From assembly GCA_013001295.1 (NCBI GenBank), contig JABDMW010000017.1:16788-80787 (forward strand): 64,000 nt of DNA. Direction: 5' to 3'. Position 1 is the first letter of the stretch, and every line of letters starts with the position of its first letter. This DNA is from Hyphomonadaceae bacterium (GTDB taxonomy: Bacteria; Pseudomonadota; Alphaproteobacteria; Caulobacterales; Maricaulaceae). Position numbers and translations under genes: made by a program. This document shows, piece by piece, positions 29,130-36,937 of this stretch. Under the pieces are notes generated by a model. That model made no database searches. It saw only the letters and a program-made list of their open reading frames with translations, and had not been told where the DNA came from.

Positions 29130-29792
29130 ATGTACGATTTTCTCTCTATGATTTTAAGCCCGATCGTTTGGGCGATGGGAAAAATCCTTGAGTTATTCAT
29201 CCAACTCACCGGCTCTCCCGGAATTTCTGTCATTCTTCTGGCGTTGTTTTTTACAACCATCCTCATCCCGATACAAAAATACGGCCGGCGCGTTGAAGAG
29301 CGTGTTCGCGTGAAGATGAAGAATGTCAACGATGAACTTGCGCCTTATAAAGGAAAACTCAAAGGCGAGGCCCTATTTAACCAGACGGAACAAATTTACA
29401 AGAAACATGCCTATCACCCTATTCACTCGGTGGGATTGGGCATGAGCTTTGTTGTGCTACTGCCTATCTTGATTTCGGCAATCTTGTTGCTTGGATCTCA
29501 CCCACAACTTCAGGGTCAGAGCTTTTTAATTGTGTCCGATCTTTCAAAGCCGGACAGTTTATTGTCGCCAATCAATATTTTACCGGTCTTCATGACCGGG
29601 ATTACCTTGGTCGAGGCGTTTATCCGCTTTAAGGATGACAAGCCGGTATTATATCGCTTTATCTTTATCGCGGTTGTCCTATTCGCCCTGGTGTACAATC
29701 TCGCTTCCGCTTTGGTAATTTACTGGACGACCAATGTCAGTCTTTCATTATTACTGACCTTGAAAGAACGCAAAAACGCGGCAAAGGCTTAG
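29130..29792 (+). CDS. Short YidC/Oxa1-family membrane insertase paralog (no P1 periplasmic domain)
   Basis: 220 aa. Core-TM1 plus coiled C1 region ILLALFFTTILIPIQKYGRRVEERVRVKMKNVNDELAPYKGK, and the family-typical FLIVSDLSKPD...ILPVFMTG segment. No obvious SD. Confidence 0.65.
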   Translation: MYDFLSMILSPIVWAMGKILELFIQLTGSPGISVILLALFFTTILIPIQKYGRRVEERVRVKMKNVNDELAPYKGKLKGEALFNQTEQIYKKHAYHPIHSVGLGMSFVVLLPILISAILLLGSHPQLQGQSFLIVSDLSKPDSLLSPINILPVFMTGITLVEAFIRFKDDKPVLYRFIFIAVVLFALVYNLASALVIYWTTNVSLSLLLTLKERKNAAKA

Positions 29793-29794
29793 TT

Positions 29795-31498
29795 TTATTG
29801 GCCAACCGGCGGCGATAATTTAATTTCATCACTCGCGCGCATGGCTTGTTCCAATGGCACACCTCTTGGCAGTTTCACCGATTTCATGGTGTGAACCCGC
29901 CATGTTGAGGTCGCATCTTTTGCGACATGGACGAAAAAATCGTCCGGCATTTCCGAATTAGGATCAAACAGGTTTAACCCTTTGAACATTTCACATTTAG
30001 ATGATTTTTCAAAAACCAGGCAGGTGGTTTTCGCCAGATCATCCAACAACACCAACCGATCTGAATAAGCGATACTGTCTTGAACTTGGCCGATATTTTT
30101 GACCATCAACATTGGGTGATAGCGATCCAGCCCCAAGGAGGTATGATTATTAATGGTTAAATTATGTGGCGGCTCATCATAGAACCGGACGATTTTCCCG
30201 TGGTCGCTGGCAAATACGATGAGCGTATTGTCGTAAACCCCCAGCGCTTTAAGCTTGTCAACAAAATCGGCAAGTTTCAGCAATCCGCATTTTGACCCTT
30301 TTATTACACCAAACTTATTTTGATTGTCGTCAAACCATTTAGTGTCCCTACTGTTAAACCCACATCTTTGATCTATCATTGCTGGCGCATGCGTGAAGAT
30401 GAAATGTGATAAATATACGCTAGGTTTGTTACTACCATTGTCTAGAATATTGGTCATTGTTTCGACGCCCAATGTCGTCGTATAGAATTTCGCATTTCTT
30501 CCTAATTCATACTCCAAAATGTCCACGATCCACACGACTACTTTGCTGAACAATCGAGCAAAAACCGGGCGATACATCACGAACAATTCATATCTCTGTT
30601 CAGGGACCCCAAATTGTCCTGCGGAAATTTGCCTTCCCGTTTGATTAAATTGTTTGTAACCGAACCCAGTCATGAAATTAAATTTGTTTGCATCGTTGGC
30701 AAATAGAAGGGAAGGATCATTTCGTTGTAAGGTCGCAGCAACTGTTAGATCTTGATTTCCAAACATCACGCCTGACAGTGCCGCATCCGTCGACGGCGCT
30801 GAGGAATTGACATTGCGGAAGTATTCGAAATCCTTAAATTTCTCGCGAAGACTTTCGTCTTCAGCCAATATATCAGTAACAATATGTCCCGGCACCCCGT
30901 CTAAACTGATCATAATCAGGTTTTTTTCAGGCGATAGCGGAACACTTAAATCATCTAAAGATCGCGATTCGAATATAGACAGCGCCGCATACATAGACGG
31001 GACAATCGCCAGTAATAAAAACGTGCCAAAAAATATCGATATGATATTGATGTTCTTGGATAGTATCAATAACGCGATCACGACCGAAACACCGACAACG
31101 ATTATTAAATTTATCATTCGAACCGGTGCCAACCCCAATTCTTCAGTTCCTCGTGCAGTCGTGAGAGGGAACAAAAATCCGCTCAAACAAACCCAGACAA
31201 AGAGAAAAACGGCGATAAAGGCGCCGAATTGTCGAAATCGCGTAAAGGCGAATATCCAGTATATCGTACCGACTACTGCGAAATAGAGGCCAACAAGGCT
31301 AAGAATATCCAAAAATACACGTCCACCCCGACCATTGTTAAACGCTTGTTGTGCCTGCTCCGGTGTTAGAACGTAGAATGGAACGAATAAAAAAACTAAA
31401 AAACCGGTGAGTAAAATCAGCGCATTACAAAACAAATGCGATCTAATCTGAAAGAAACCTTTCACAATCTCGTCGATCTTGCCCCCCGTATTTTCCAT
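29795..31498 (-). CDS. Polytopic membrane protein with C-terminal sulfatase / alkaline-phosphatase-superfamily domain (LTA-synthase/phosphotransferase-like)
   Basis: About 5 N-terminal TM helices. Metal site LIMISLDGVPG, nucleophile region NSSAPSTDAALSGVMFG and VFASDHG. AT-rich coding sequence. Confidence 0.7.
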   Translation of the reverse strand: MENTGGKIDEIVKGFFQIRSHLFCNALILLTGFLVFLFVPFYVLTPEQAQQAFNNGRGGRVFLDILSLVGLYFAVVGTIYWIFAFTRFRQFGAFIAVFLFVWVCLSGFLFPLTTARGTEELGLAPVRMINLIIVVGVSVVIALLILSKNINIISIFFGTFLLLAIVPSMYAALSIFESRSLDDLSVPLSPEKNLIMISLDGVPGHIVTDILAEDESLREKFKDFEYFRNVNSSAPSTDAALSGVMFGNQDLTVAATLQRNDPSLLFANDANKFNFMTGFGYKQFNQTGRQISAGQFGVPEQRYELFVMYRPVFARLFSKVVVWIVDILEYELGRNAKFYTTTLGVETMTNILDNGSNKPSVYLSHFIFTHAPAMIDQRCGFNSRDTKWFDDNQNKFGVIKGSKCGLLKLADFVDKLKALGVYDNTLIVFASDHGKIVRFYDEPPHNLTINNHTSLGLDRYHPMLMVKNIGQVQDSIAYSDRLVLLDDLAKTTCLVFEKSSKCEMFKGLNLFDPNSEMPDDFFVHVAKDATSTWRVHTMKSVKLPRGVPLEQAMRASDEIKLSPPVGQ

Positions 31499-31594
31499 AT
31501 CTAATATTCCGGTACGCCTTTCAATCTTGATTAGCTTTAACGATAGTCCGGTATTACTTGCAGAATGTTAATCCTGATGGATGTCCGGCATTTC

Positions 31595-32602
31595 TCACGA
31601 CAAAAAGACTCGTACCTGTTCGTTCACTTTAACCCGTAAAGCTTTACGAACTTCCGATGTCAAAATAACACCGTCACCCTCGACGGTTGCGCGCGTAAAT
31701 ACAGCGCGAAAATCATTGATCCTATTGTTACTCATGAGCGCCCGGCTCTTGCCTTGATCCCCGTCTCGAACCTTGAATAATTGACTATCTTTCACTGTTC
31801 GGATTTGGTTCTTGCGAACTTCCAAGGTCGGCCCGGCGTCAAATATATCGACAAATTTCTCGTACCGAAAACCTTCGTCCTCCAATAAGCGTTTAGCCCC
31901 TAGACCATCTGGATGACATTGCCCGATGACCTGCCGGGCTTCATCCGGCAATAGATCCACATAAATAGGATATCGCGGCATGAGATCCGTAATGAACTGA
32001 TTGTTGGTTTTCGCCGTAATCTCATCGGCTTCATTGAAATCCATCTTGAAGAACTTACGCCCCATTCCCTCCCAAAAAGGTGAATATCCTTGCTCATCAA
32101 CCCTGCCGCGGAGTTCCGAAATAACGGTGTCTGCGAACAAATTGGGAGCTGCGGCAATTAACATATACCGCGCTTGAGAGATTAACCTACCGGCGCCTGT
32201 CCCGCGCATTTTTTGTTTCACAAACAACGTACCGACCTCGCTCGCACCGGAATATTCATTGACCAACAGCATAATTTCCATATTGAAATGACGGTCGGCT
32301 GCGCTGGAGCTTTGTACGAGATTGAGAATTTTGAAAGAAAAGAACGGCTTACCGACACCCACTTGCGATTTTACCGCGCTAACACCTACGATTTCGCCTG
32401 TATTTGAATCCTCTAACATCAACAGATATATACTGTTTCCGGACGTATCGCCCTGACTACGAAAGCTTTTTGCGGATTTTTGCAATCTCGCCTTCAAATC
32501 TGAATCATGCACGGCCAAGGACGTAAATCCCGAACCGGCCGCATCCTTCAAGTCTATAAACGCATTCAGATCACTGATTTTTGAGGGGCGTACAATCAAC
32601 AT
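31595..32602 (-). CDS. astA: Arginine N-succinyltransferase
   Basis: Collinear with E. coli AstA: MLIVRP..., GYSPFWEGMGRKFFKMDF, LMPRYPIYV, VDIFDAGPTLE. Confidence 0.88.
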   Translation of the reverse strand: MLIVRPSKISDLNAFIDLKDAAGSGFTSLAVHDSDLKARLQKSAKSFRSQGDTSGNSIYLLMLEDSNTGEIVGVSAVKSQVGVGKPFFSFKILNLVQSSSAADRHFNMEIMLLVNEYSGASEVGTLFVKQKMRGTGAGRLISQARYMLIAAAPNLFADTVISELRGRVDEQGYSPFWEGMGRKFFKMDFNEADEITAKTNNQFITDLMPRYPIYVDLLPDEARQVIGQCHPDGLGAKRLLEDEGFRYEKFVDIFDAGPTLEVRKNQIRTVKDSQLFKVRDGDQGKSRALMSNNRINDFRAVFTRATVEGDGVILTSEVRKALRVKVNEQVRVFLS

Positions 32603-32624
32603 TTATTATCTCTTGCCGGTTTGA

Positions 32625-33899
32625 TTATTTTATTTCTTGCAGCGCGAGCTGCTTAGCTTGTTTAGCATCAAACGCACCCGTCGCAATCCTCATTAAAATC
32701 AATGCAGAAAGTTTTGTTCTTTCGACCAAGCTGGGGAGCACTATGAATTCCCTGTCAGAATGAATTTCTCCGCCGCGTACGCCCAATGTATCAACATTAG
32801 GGCACCCACTGGCCCAAAGATTATTCCCTTCACAGACGCCGCCACTTGGGTTCCATTTAATATCTAATCCTAATGACTGCCCTGCTTGCTTCACCCAATC
32901 AAATACCATGGCATTTGCCGGAGCCATCGGTTTCGGCGGCCTTGAAAACCCGCCGGTTAACTCAGCGCAAATCCCGTCGTCTTTGTTAGCTTCATCAACT
33001 AAACGATTGATTTGATTAAGAATCCAATCCTGATCCCCGGTCTCAACCATTCGAACATTAAATCGTCCAATCGCGAGTTCGGGAACAATGTTTGTCGCAC
33101 CACCACCATCAATTTTCCCTATATTGAATGTAACGCCCTCACGCTGCCCATTTAAAGCATCGAGCTTTACGACAAACCGAGCCATGGCAGCAATCGCATT
33201 TCGGCCCATATGGTGTTCCCGCCCCGCGTGAGCAGCGCGACCATTGATAATTACGGCAAAATTTCCGCTGCCTTTGCGCGCGCCCGCCATCGACCCATCC
33301 GCCAAAGCGGGCTCATAAGTCAGGCCAATGTCAGCTTGCTTGCCGAGTTTATGGAGTATGGGTGCTGACCCCGGTGAACCTATTTCTTCGTCAGGACTCA
33401 AAAGTATTTTATAACCAACTCTTTTGGCATTTGTATGATATTCAAACGCCTTTAGAGCCTCCAACATCACCAAGATGCCACCTTTCATATCGGCCACACC
33501 GGGACCATTCATGGTTTGGTCGTCAATCGTTTTGGATTGTTGAAAGTGGCTGTTTTCTGGAAAAACAGTATCGTAATGACCCGTCATGACAATTTGGATA
33601 TCCGCTTCTGGCCGAACCGTAACCAATACAGAGGGCTCATAATTCACCGTCGAAATTAGACCATCGGGCTGGACATAGCTTCCTTTTGCTAGTTTTTCCT
33701 CAGAAACGCTCCCGGGCAATTCTTTGAAAGTTTCTAACAATTCTGCCCGCATCGCCCTCAATCCAGATTGGTTTTTGCTCCCCGAATTTATATGAGACCA
33801 TTGGACGAGTTGCGAAACCAAATCGTCGTAACGATCCGAGACATTCTTCAATATCTGCATTTCTGCGTCTGATAAGCCCGGTGATTTATTTTGGCCCAT
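32625..33899 (-). CDS. M20 family metallohydrolase (carboxypeptidase G2-like)
   Basis: GHYDTVFP, GPGVADMKGG, SPDEEIGSPGS. First gene of the ast-strand cluster. Confidence 0.8.
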   Translation of the reverse strand: MGQNKSPGLSDAEMQILKNVSDRYDDLVSQLVQWSHINSGSKNQSGLRAMRAELLETFKELPGSVSEEKLAKGSYVQPDGLISTVNYEPSVLVTVRPEADIQIVMTGHYDTVFPENSHFQQSKTIDDQTMNGPGVADMKGGILVMLEALKAFEYHTNAKRVGYKILLSPDEEIGSPGSAPILHKLGKQADIGLTYEPALADGSMAGARKGSGNFAVIINGRAAHAGREHHMGRNAIAAMARFVVKLDALNGQREGVTFNIGKIDGGGATNIVPELAIGRFNVRMVETGDQDWILNQINRLVDEANKDDGICAELTGGFSRPPKPMAPANAMVFDWVKQAGQSLGLDIKWNPSGGVCEGNNLWASGCPNVDTLGVRGGEIHSDREFIVLPSLVERTKLSALILMRIATGAFDAKQAKQLALQEIK

Positions 33900-33953
33900 G
33901 GAAGCACCTGAATCTGATTCTTGTTAATCTTAAACTACACCGCGTTTGAGCAT

Positions 33954-33980
33954 AAAAAAAGCCCGGCCAAAGCCGGGCTT
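33954..33980 (-). terminator. Rho-independent terminator of the OmpA-family gene
   Basis: 8-bp GC-rich stem agcccggc (33960-33967) / gccgggct (33972-33979) with a 4-nt loop, followed on the minus strand by 7 T. Confidence 0.8.
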
Positions 33981-34002
33981 AATCTTAATGTGTTGAAACT
34001 TT

Positions 34003-35373
34003 CTAGTTCACAACACCTGTTTCGTTCAGACGAATAAGCACTTCTGTACGACGGTTAAGCGCTTCTTTTACGCCATCGCCAGTATCGATGAACAACTCAG
34101 TTTCACCTTTACCTTGAGAAGTGATTATCTCCGCGTTCACGCCCTGACGGACAAGCTCTTGACGAACGTCCGCTGCGCGACGCTCAGACAGGCCTTGGTT
34201 GTAGGCTGCTGAACCTGATGAGTCAGTATGACCGACAACTGTAATGCTTCCGACCGCACAATATTGGTCAGTATCAAGAATGTCCTGGATTTTCTGACGT
34301 GTTTCAGCAGATTGTCCTTTGTTAAACTCATAGTAGATGATGTCTTGACGGTACTCTTGAGCACACAAGCTTTGGATACGCGTTTGAACTGGGCATGAAG
34401 CCTGGTCATACGCAATTGATCCGTCCCAACATGTTACTGTTGGACGTGTTGGACAAGAAGCTACATCTTCAGCTTCTGAACCATCCCAACAAGTGACCAT
34501 TTGAACTGGACACGCATTGCCAACTTCAACCTGGCTACCGTCCCAACAAGTCGTATATTCAACTTTTGGTGGCTCAGCTGGACAGTTTGCAAGATTATCG
34601 ATCTCGCTTCCATCCCAACAAGTGTACATAACTGGCTTGGCTTTGGCGCCAAACTTGTAACGGAAACCCGTCATAAGCATGTGAGCACCCGCGCCATCCG
34701 CTGTCGCGAGGGCAGCGTTGCTACCAACGGGTCCAACAAGTCCTGGGCCGAGATTTGAACCAAATCCGCCGAAGTCCAGCTCACCAACATTCAAATAGCG
34801 ATACTGGGTATCCCATGTCAGCTTATCACTGATGGCGTAACCGAGACCCGCAAGCAATTGCCAGGCAACACCGTTATCATTCGAGTTAAATCCACAGATG
34901 TTGTAGTTTGGACACGTTGGATTGTTAAGCGGAGTCGATGGATTGGACAGATCGCCGAAGCTACTTGCTTCTGCACTGATTTTTGACCGCGCGATACCGA
35001 TACCGGCTCCGACGTAAGGTTCCCAACCGCCGAACGTATCAAAATCGTAAATCGCGTTTAACATCGCTGTTGTGTAACGGATATCCGCCCCGGTATTAGA
35101 TGCCTGGCTTATCGCGCCAAGATCGTCCCACAGCTGAGCGCCGTCTAGTTCCAAACGCCAGTTGTTTCCGAAATCGTATCCAACGCCTAGTGATCCAGCT
35201 GCATTGCCTTCACCTTCAACGTCTCCAACAAGATCGCCTGTGAAATCGATATCAGTTGACGCACCGTAACCGATATTGCCCCGTACGTACCAACCAGCAT
35301 CATCAGCGAAAGCTACTGATGGTAATGCCATAATCGCGGTCGCTGCGACCGCAGTAAGAAGCTGTAGCTTCAT
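34003..35373 (-). CDS. OmpA family outer membrane protein (N-terminal beta-barrel, Cys-repeat linker, C-terminal OmpA peptidoglycan-binding domain)
   Basis: Signal peptide ...SVAFA|DD and alternating aromatic beta-strands. C-terminal motifs VVGHTDSSGSAAYNQGLSERRA and NRRTEV. Confidence 0.85.
   Translation of the reverse strand: MKLQLLTAVAATAIMALPSVAFADDAGWYVRGNIGYGASTDIDFTGDLVGDVEGEGNAAGSLGVGYDFGNNWRLELDGAQLWDDLGAISQASNTGADIRYTTAMLNAIYDFDTFGGWEPYVGAGIGIARSKISAEASSFGDLSNPSTPLNNPTCPNYNICGFNSNDNGVAWQLLAGLGYAISDKLTWDTQYRYLNVGELDFGGFGSNLGPGLVGPVGSNAALATADGAGAHMLMTGFRYKFGAKAKPVMYTCWDGSEIDNLANCPAEPPKVEYTTCWDGSQVEVGNACPVQMVTCWDGSEAEDVASCPTRPTVTCWDGSIAYDQASCPVQTRIQSLCAQEYRQDIIYYEFNKGQSAETRQKIQDILDTDQYCAVGSITVVGHTDSSGSAAYNQGLSERRAADVRQELVRQGVNAEIITSQGKGETELFIDTGDGVKEALNRRTEVLIRLNETGVVN
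34384..34632 (-). repeat. Four tandem ~20-aa cysteine repeats (T-C-W-D-G-S-x7-C-P) within the OmpA-family gene
   Basis: YTCWDGSEIDNLANCP / TTCWDGSQVEVGNACP / VTCWDGSEAEDVASCP / VTCWDGSIAYDQASCP. The DNA-level core ccRtcccaacaWgt recurs every 57-72 nt on the plus strand. Confidence 0.8.
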
Positions 35374-35619
35374 GTTTTTTTCCTCCGACGACGGCCCCGT
35401 TATTGGAAATGGCCGTTAAAAATTGTTCGCGATAATTCGCTCTCGATTGAACATACGCTCAAAGCGCACATTAGTTCCGCATCGCTACACGAAAAATTTT
35501 GACTTGGCTAGCACTTCATTGTGTAATTTTGTTGTTTTTTAACGGTTATTTTCTGCATAGTTGCAAAAATGCATCATTAAAATCAGTATTTTTTTTTATT
35601 TTTGAATTTTATAAGCTTT

Positions 35620-35695
35620 TGGTGAGCCGTCAGGGATTCGAACCCTGGACCTACTGATTAAAAGTCAGTTGCTCTACCAACTGAGCTAACGGCTC
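35620..35695 (-). tRNA. tRNA-Lys (anticodon UUU), CCA encoded
   Basis: The minus strand reads GAGCCGT-TA-GCTC-AGTTGGTA-GAGC-A-ACTGA-CTTTTAA-TCAGT-AGGTC-CAGGG-TTCGAAT-CCCTG-ACGGCTC-A-CCA. Confidence 0.95.
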
Positions 35696-35697
35696 CA

Positions 35698-35726
35698 AAA
35701 GAGCGCGGAAACTAGGACCGCTCTTT
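35698..35726 (-). terminator. Putative terminator hairpin between tgt and tRNA-Lys
   Basis: 8-bp stem aaagagcg (35698-35705) / cgctcttt (35719-35726) with a 13-nt loop. The T-rich 3' side on the minus strand is immediately followed by the tRNA 5' end. Confidence 0.45.
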
Positions 35727-35809
35727 GCAATGGTCAAGAGTAAAATCCGCCTAAATCATCTTTAATTTCAGTTTTGGCCAAAAGGTCGCATTTATCAGGG
35801 ATAATCGCA

Positions 35810-36937
35810 CTATTTTTCGAGATTTTGTCGAAATTTACACACGAATTCAGCGTAATCACGGCGTTTTATAGACGCTCTAATTCTTGACATCAAATTTTGG
35901 TAATATGCGATATTGTGCCAACTCAAGATCATGGACCCTAATAACTCTCCACTTCGGACGAGGTGATGAATATAAGCTTTGGAGTATTTTGCACTGGCTT
36001 CGCACGCAATGGTTTCATCCAATGGAGTTAGATCCTCTGCAAATTTGGCCGATTTTATGTTATATGGACCAGTGTCCGCCCAAACTTGCCCATGACGTCC
36101 TGAACGGGTCGGAATCACGCAATCGAACATATCAACGCCGCGCGCAACTGATTCGACCAGATCAATCGGTTTGCCCACGCCCATCAAATAACGTGGGCGA
36201 TTCGCAGGAAGATGAGGCATTACATTTTCCAAAGTTTCCAACATTGCTTCATGCCCTTCACCGACCGCTAAGCCGCCGATCGCATATCCACCATAACCTA
36301 TTCCGTTGACCTTTGTGTCAACGCTGGCCTCCGCGCTCTTTTTGCGCAAATCAGGAAAAGTGGAGCCCTGAACGATGGCGAAAAGGGTTTGAGCTTCCCG
36401 CTCTCCAAAAGCTTCGAGCGACCGCTTCCCCCACCGTAAGGACATCTCCATGGACTTGGCGGCTTCATCCCGCGTGGACGGAAAATTTGTACATTCATCA
36501 AGTTGCATCGAAATATCCGCGCCTAATAAATCAGCTTGGATCTCAATAGATCTTTCCGGCGATAACATGTGCTTGGATCCATCGATATGACTTTGAAATT
36601 CAACCCCTTTTTCACTCATTTTGCGCAATTTTGACAGGGACCAAACCTGAAAACCACCGCTGTCGGTCAATATCGGGCCGGTCCAACCACCAAATTTGTG
36701 CAGGCCACCAAGTCGCGCAAGACGCTCTGCGCCGGGACGTAACATCAGGTGATAAGTATTGCCCAGGATAATATCTGCGCCGGCACTTTTAACCTGATCC
36801 ATATACAGACCTTTGACGGTCCCTGCAGTACCTACAGGCATAAATGCCGGTGTGCGAATATCACCACGGCTCGTTTTCAGGACGCCAGCTCTGGCTTTTC
36901 CGTCAATTGTATCAATATTAAAATTAAATTCTGTCAT
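35810..36937 (-). CDS. tgt: tRNA-guanosine(34) transglycosylase
   Basis: Motifs TPAFMPVGT, ILGNTYHL, TDSGGFQV, and a zinc site region. The start MTEFNF overlaps the queA stop (ATGA). Confidence 0.93.
   Translation of the reverse strand: MTEFNFNIDTIDGKARAGVLKTSRGDIRTPAFMPVGTAGTVKGLYMDQVKSAGADIILGNTYHLMLRPGAERLARLGGLHKFGGWTGPILTDSGGFQVWSLSKLRKMSEKGVEFQSHIDGSKHMLSPERSIEIQADLLGADISMQLDECTNFPSTRDEAAKSMEMSLRWGKRSLEAFGEREAQTLFAIVQGSTFPDLRKKSAEASVDTKVNGIGYGGYAIGGLAVGEGHEAMLETLENVMPHLPANRPRYLMGVGKPIDLVESVARGVDMFDCVIPTRSGRHGQVWADTGPYNIKSAKFAEDLTPLDETIACEASAKYSKAYIHHLVRSGELLGSMILSWHNIAYYQNLMSRIRASIKRRDYAEFVCKFRQNLEK

Noticed and set aside
29100-29135. Searched the 26-nt spacer between the small peptide ORF and the yidC-like start for an SD-sequestering hairpin of the MifM type.
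   Set aside because: Only a 4-bp complement (CCGA/TCGG) is present and no clear SD was found. The MifM analogy therefore rests on gene arrangement alone and is flagged as inference in the finding.
35374-35619. 245-nt very AT-rich region between the OmpA-family gene start and tRNA-Lys. I checked it for an integrase att site, CtrA boxes (TTAA-N7-TTAA) and sRNA-like structure.
   Set aside because: There is no integrase or direct repeat of the tRNA 3' end, and no exact TTAA-N7-TTAA. The A/T tracts are consistent with an UP-element-rich strong promoter for an abundant outer membrane protein.
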